A stretch of 33,145 nucleotides of DNA, taken from an uncultured Gammaproteobacteria bacterium (GTDB taxonomy: Bacteria; Pseudomonadota; Gammaproteobacteria; JAKDMP01). Position numbers and translations under genes: made by a program. Shown here one piece after another: positions 30,256-33,145 of the stretch. The notes under the pieces are model-generated. The model did not search any database. It saw nothing but the letters and a program-made list of their open reading frames with translations, and was not told the DNA's origin. The stretch spans positions 1 through 33,145 of the forward strand of contig CAZKOE010000004.1 of NCBI GenBank assembly GCA_964554305.1. Direction: 5' to 3'. The number at the start of each line of letters is the position of its first letter. Positions within the stretch are counted from its first letter, which is position 1.

Positions 30256-32187
30256 TCAGTAACCGATGACTTCGCCGTCGCGGCGAAACTCGGTGGCGCC
30301 CCAGTAGACGTGATGCTCGGCGTCATACCGGATTGCCTCGTAGCCGCCGAAGCCGCCGGCATAGCCCGGTTTCATCACCTTCACCTTGTAGCCGCGTTTG
30401 CGCAGCGCAGCCGCCGCACTCGCGGGAAACCCCGGCTCCATCAGAACCGTACCCGCTCCGGATTTCTTCGCGAGGCCCGTCGGCGTCGCATCACCCATGT
30501 GGTGCCAGCGTGCGGCGTCGCCCGCCTCCTGCACATTCATGCCGAAATCAATCATGTCGACCAGCACCTGCATCTGGCCCTGCGGCTGGAAGTAACCGCC
30601 CATCACCCCGAAGGCCATCCACGGCTTGCCGTCCTTCATGACGAACGCGGGAATGATTGTGTGGAACGGGCGCTTGCGCGGCGCGTAGGCGTTGGCGGAC
30701 TTCGGGTTCAGCGAATACAATGCGCCCCGGTCCTGGAACATGAAGCCCAGGCCGGGTGCGACGAGTCCCGAGCCCATGCCGGCATAGTTCGACTCGATCA
30801 TCGAGACCATCATCCCGTCCGGGCCCGCCGTCTCGAAATCCGTCGTGTCGCCGGTGTTGCCTTCGATGCCGTTGACGCTGGCATGGTTGTACGGCAGCGG
30901 ATTGCCGGGACCGATGTCCGGATTGGCATGCTGGAAGTCCAGGAGCTTGCGCCGCTGTTCGGCATACTTCTGCGACAGCAGTCCCTTGAGCGGTGCATTG
31001 TAGAAGCGCGGGTCGGCATACCACTTGGAAAGATCGGCGGCGGCAAGCCGCTGGGCGCCGATCTCGGCCATCAACATGTCGATGCTGTCGTAGCCCATCT
31101 GCTTGAGGTCGTAGCCCTTGAGAACATTGAGTTCCTCCAGGGTCGCGAAGCCCTGCCCGTTCGGCGGCAGCTCGTACACGTCATAGCCACGGTAGCCCAC
31201 CGACTGCGGCGTCACCCACTCGCCGTGGTAGTCGGCGAAATCGTCGTAGCGCAGATCGCCGTGAATGTGCTTGAAGAATTTGGCCATCGTGTGCGCGATC
31301 TTGCCCTGGTAGAACGCATCGCGTCCGCCCTTGACAATTTCCTTGAGTGTACGCGCCATGTCGGGATTCCTGAAAATCTCGCCCTGGCGCGGCGTGTGAC
31401 CGTCGATCAGGAAAACCTTCTTCGCATTCTCGAACGGATGACCGTATTCGTTGATGAGGCCGATGTTCTTCTCGAAGGCTTCCCAGTTGCCCTTCCAGTA
31501 TCGCGCCACGACTTCGGTCACCGGAAAACCGGCGGTCGCATAGTGGATCGCGGGCGCGAGATCGACGCTCATCGGGAGCTTGCCGAACTTCTTGTGAATC
31601 GCGAACCAGGTATCCACGATCCCCGGCACCGTGACGGGCAGCGAGCCGTAAATCGGAATCTGGTTTGTGGGCTTCATGCCCGCCTTTTCATACGCCTTCC
31701 CGACCTCGGCCTTCATCTTCGCGAGCGAACGCCCCTTGGGCGACCAGCCCGAACCGTTGTAGCCGTAAAGCTTGTGCGTCTTGGGATCCCAGATGATGAC
31801 GAAGGCATCGGCGCCGAGTCCGTTCAGAACCGGTTCGGTGAGGCACAGCACGGCACTCGCGGCAATGGCGGCATCCACGGCGCTCCCGCCCCTCTTCATG
31901 ATTTCCACGGCGGCGAGCGAGGCCAGCGGCTGTTCGGTGGCGGCCATCCCGTGCGGCGCGATCACCGGCGAGCGCGAAGCCCAGGGCGCACCCGCGTAGC
32001 GATCGCCGCTGCCGACGCTGGTATACCAGGCGGGCGCCCGATCGTGGTTGCCGGAGGTACCGGCGGCCCGGGCACTCGTCGTACCGAACACGGAACTCGC
32101 AACCAGAATGGCGGCCAAAACGGCCAACCATCCGAACGGCCACCGTGGAAATTTCAGGCTGGAGTGAATGCAAATCGCACGGCCCAT
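30256..32187 (-). CDS. ggt: Gamma-glutamyltransferase family protein (secreted)
   Basis: Signal peptide; GGSAVDAAIA, VTVPG, ELPPNGQG, Ntn Thr in GDTT, KRPFHTIIP, FGVMGG..QPQG. Confidence 0.92.
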   Translation of the reverse strand: MGRAICIHSSLKFPRWPFGWLAVLAAILVASSVFGTTSARAAGTSGNHDRAPAWYTSVGSGDRYAGAPWASRSPVIAPHGMAATEQPLASLAAVEIMKRGGSAVDAAIAASAVLCLTEPVLNGLGADAFVIIWDPKTHKLYGYNGSGWSPKGRSLAKMKAEVGKAYEKAGMKPTNQIPIYGSLPVTVPGIVDTWFAIHKKFGKLPMSVDLAPAIHYATAGFPVTEVVARYWKGNWEAFEKNIGLINEYGHPFENAKKVFLIDGHTPRQGEIFRNPDMARTLKEIVKGGRDAFYQGKIAHTMAKFFKHIHGDLRYDDFADYHGEWVTPQSVGYRGYDVYELPPNGQGFATLEELNVLKGYDLKQMGYDSIDMLMAEIGAQRLAAADLSKWYADPRFYNAPLKGLLSQKYAEQRRKLLDFQHANPDIGPGNPLPYNHASVNGIEGNTGDTTDFETAGPDGMMVSMIESNYAGMGSGLVAPGLGFMFQDRGALYSLNPKSANAYAPRKRPFHTIIPAFVMKDGKPWMAFGVMGGYFQPQGQMQVLVDMIDFGMNVQEAGDAARWHHMGDATPTGLAKKSGAGTVLMEPGFPASAAAALRKRGYKVKVMKPGYAGGFGGYEAIRYDAEHHVYWGATEFRRDGEVIGY

Positions 32188-32355
32188 GACCTTGACCTCA
32201 CGTGTCCGGGAACGTCCCTTATCCTAGCACCGACCGGCCTCGATCGGCGCCTCGCGGCAATCCCGAACCACCGAAATGCCGCCGGCACATTTGGGATAGC
32301 ATCGACCATTCGAACATGCTAAGCTTTTGTTTGTCACCGTATACATTTGCAACCC

Positions 32356-33145
32356 ATGAGCAAGGGCACACACGACTATGCCGAAGACCCGCGCAACGCG
32401 AAGATCAAGGTCAGCCTCAACGGCGCCTTGGTGCCGCGGGCGGAAGCGACGGTTTCCGTCTTCGACAGCGGCTTCGTACTCGGCGACGGGGTCTGGGAGG
32501 GACTACGCCTGCATGCCGGCGGCCTGCCCTTTCTCGACATGCACCTCGATCGCCTTTACGAAGGCGCCAAGGCGCTCGATCTCGACATTGGACTCACGCG
32601 CGAAGAGCTGACCGAGCGCATTCTCGAGGTGCTGCGCGCGAACGGCATGCGCGATCACGTACACATCCGGCTCATGGTGACCCGCGGCATCAAGGCGACG
32701 CCGCACCAGGATCCGCGCTTCGTGATCGGCCCGCCGACCGTCGCGATCGTGCCCGAATACAAGGAGCCGCTGCCGGACACCATCGAGCGGGGCATCCGCC
32801 TGTTCACCGTGCACGTGCGCCGCGGCGCGCCCGACGTGCAGGACCCGAAGCTCAACAGTCACTCCAAGCTCAACTGCATCCTGGCGTGCATTCAGGCAAC
32901 CAAGGCAGGCTGCGACGAGGCGCTGATGCTCGATCCGCTGGGTTTCGTCGCGACCTGCAACTCCACCCATTTCTTCATCGTGCGCAAGGGCGAAGTGTGG
33001 ACATCCACCGGGAAGTACTGTCTCGGCGGCATCACCCGCGCGAACGTCATCCGGCTGTGTCGCGAAAATGACATTCCTGTTTTCGAAAAGGATTTCAGCC
33101 TCACCGACGTCTACAGCGCCGACGAAGCCTTCGTCACCGGCACCT
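32356..33145 (+). CDS. Class IV PLP aminotransferase (BCAT/DAAT-like), 3'-truncated by the window
   Basis: Read manually: MSKGTHDYAEDPRN...VSVFDSGFVLGDGVWEGLR...HLDRL...KLNSHSKLN...LGGITR...ADEAFVTGT. Confidence 0.9.
   Translation, partial: MSKGTHDYAEDPRNAKIKVSLNGALVPRAEATVSVFDSGFVLGDGVWEGLRLHAGGLPFLDMHLDRLYEGAKALDLDIGLTREELTERILEVLRANGMRDHVHIRLMVTRGIKATPHQDPRFVIGPPTVAIVPEYKEPLPDTIERGIRLFTVHVRRGAPDVQDPKLNSHSKLNCILACIQATKAGCDEALMLDPLGFVATCNSTHFFIVRKGEVWTSTGKYCLGGITRANVIRLCRENDIPVFEKDFSLTDVYSADEAFVTGT

Overview
High-GC Gammaproteobacterium-like window. Housekeeping flanks: on the left (minus strand) pyrG-kdsA-ftsB-ispD-DUF1674-sdhC-sdhD-sdhA' (no eno, no ispF); on the right mfd (+, with an in-frame palindromic insertion), a gamma-glutamyltransferase (-) and a partial class-IV aminotransferase (+). 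Between pyrG and mfd lies a ~20.6 kb minus-strand accessory island. It holds an AraC-family regulator and six paralogous predicted lipoproteins with a shared N-terminal domain and a C-terminal beta-propeller (five NHL-like, one lactonase-like); one carries an inserted S53 protease and one carries two Ig-like repeats. It also holds two ~70-aa PExPT-CTERM-type proteins and an exosortase J-like gene with a separate EpsI-like partner. The most striking unexplained signal is a ~110-nt structured non-coding motif present three times (9697-9805, 22419-22530, 26237-26350). Each copy starts just downstream of a sigma70-like promoter, and its stems covary while its junctions are conserved, making it a candidate new riboswitch or cis-regulatory RNA. 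All family calls come from motif recognition by eye, not from database searches.
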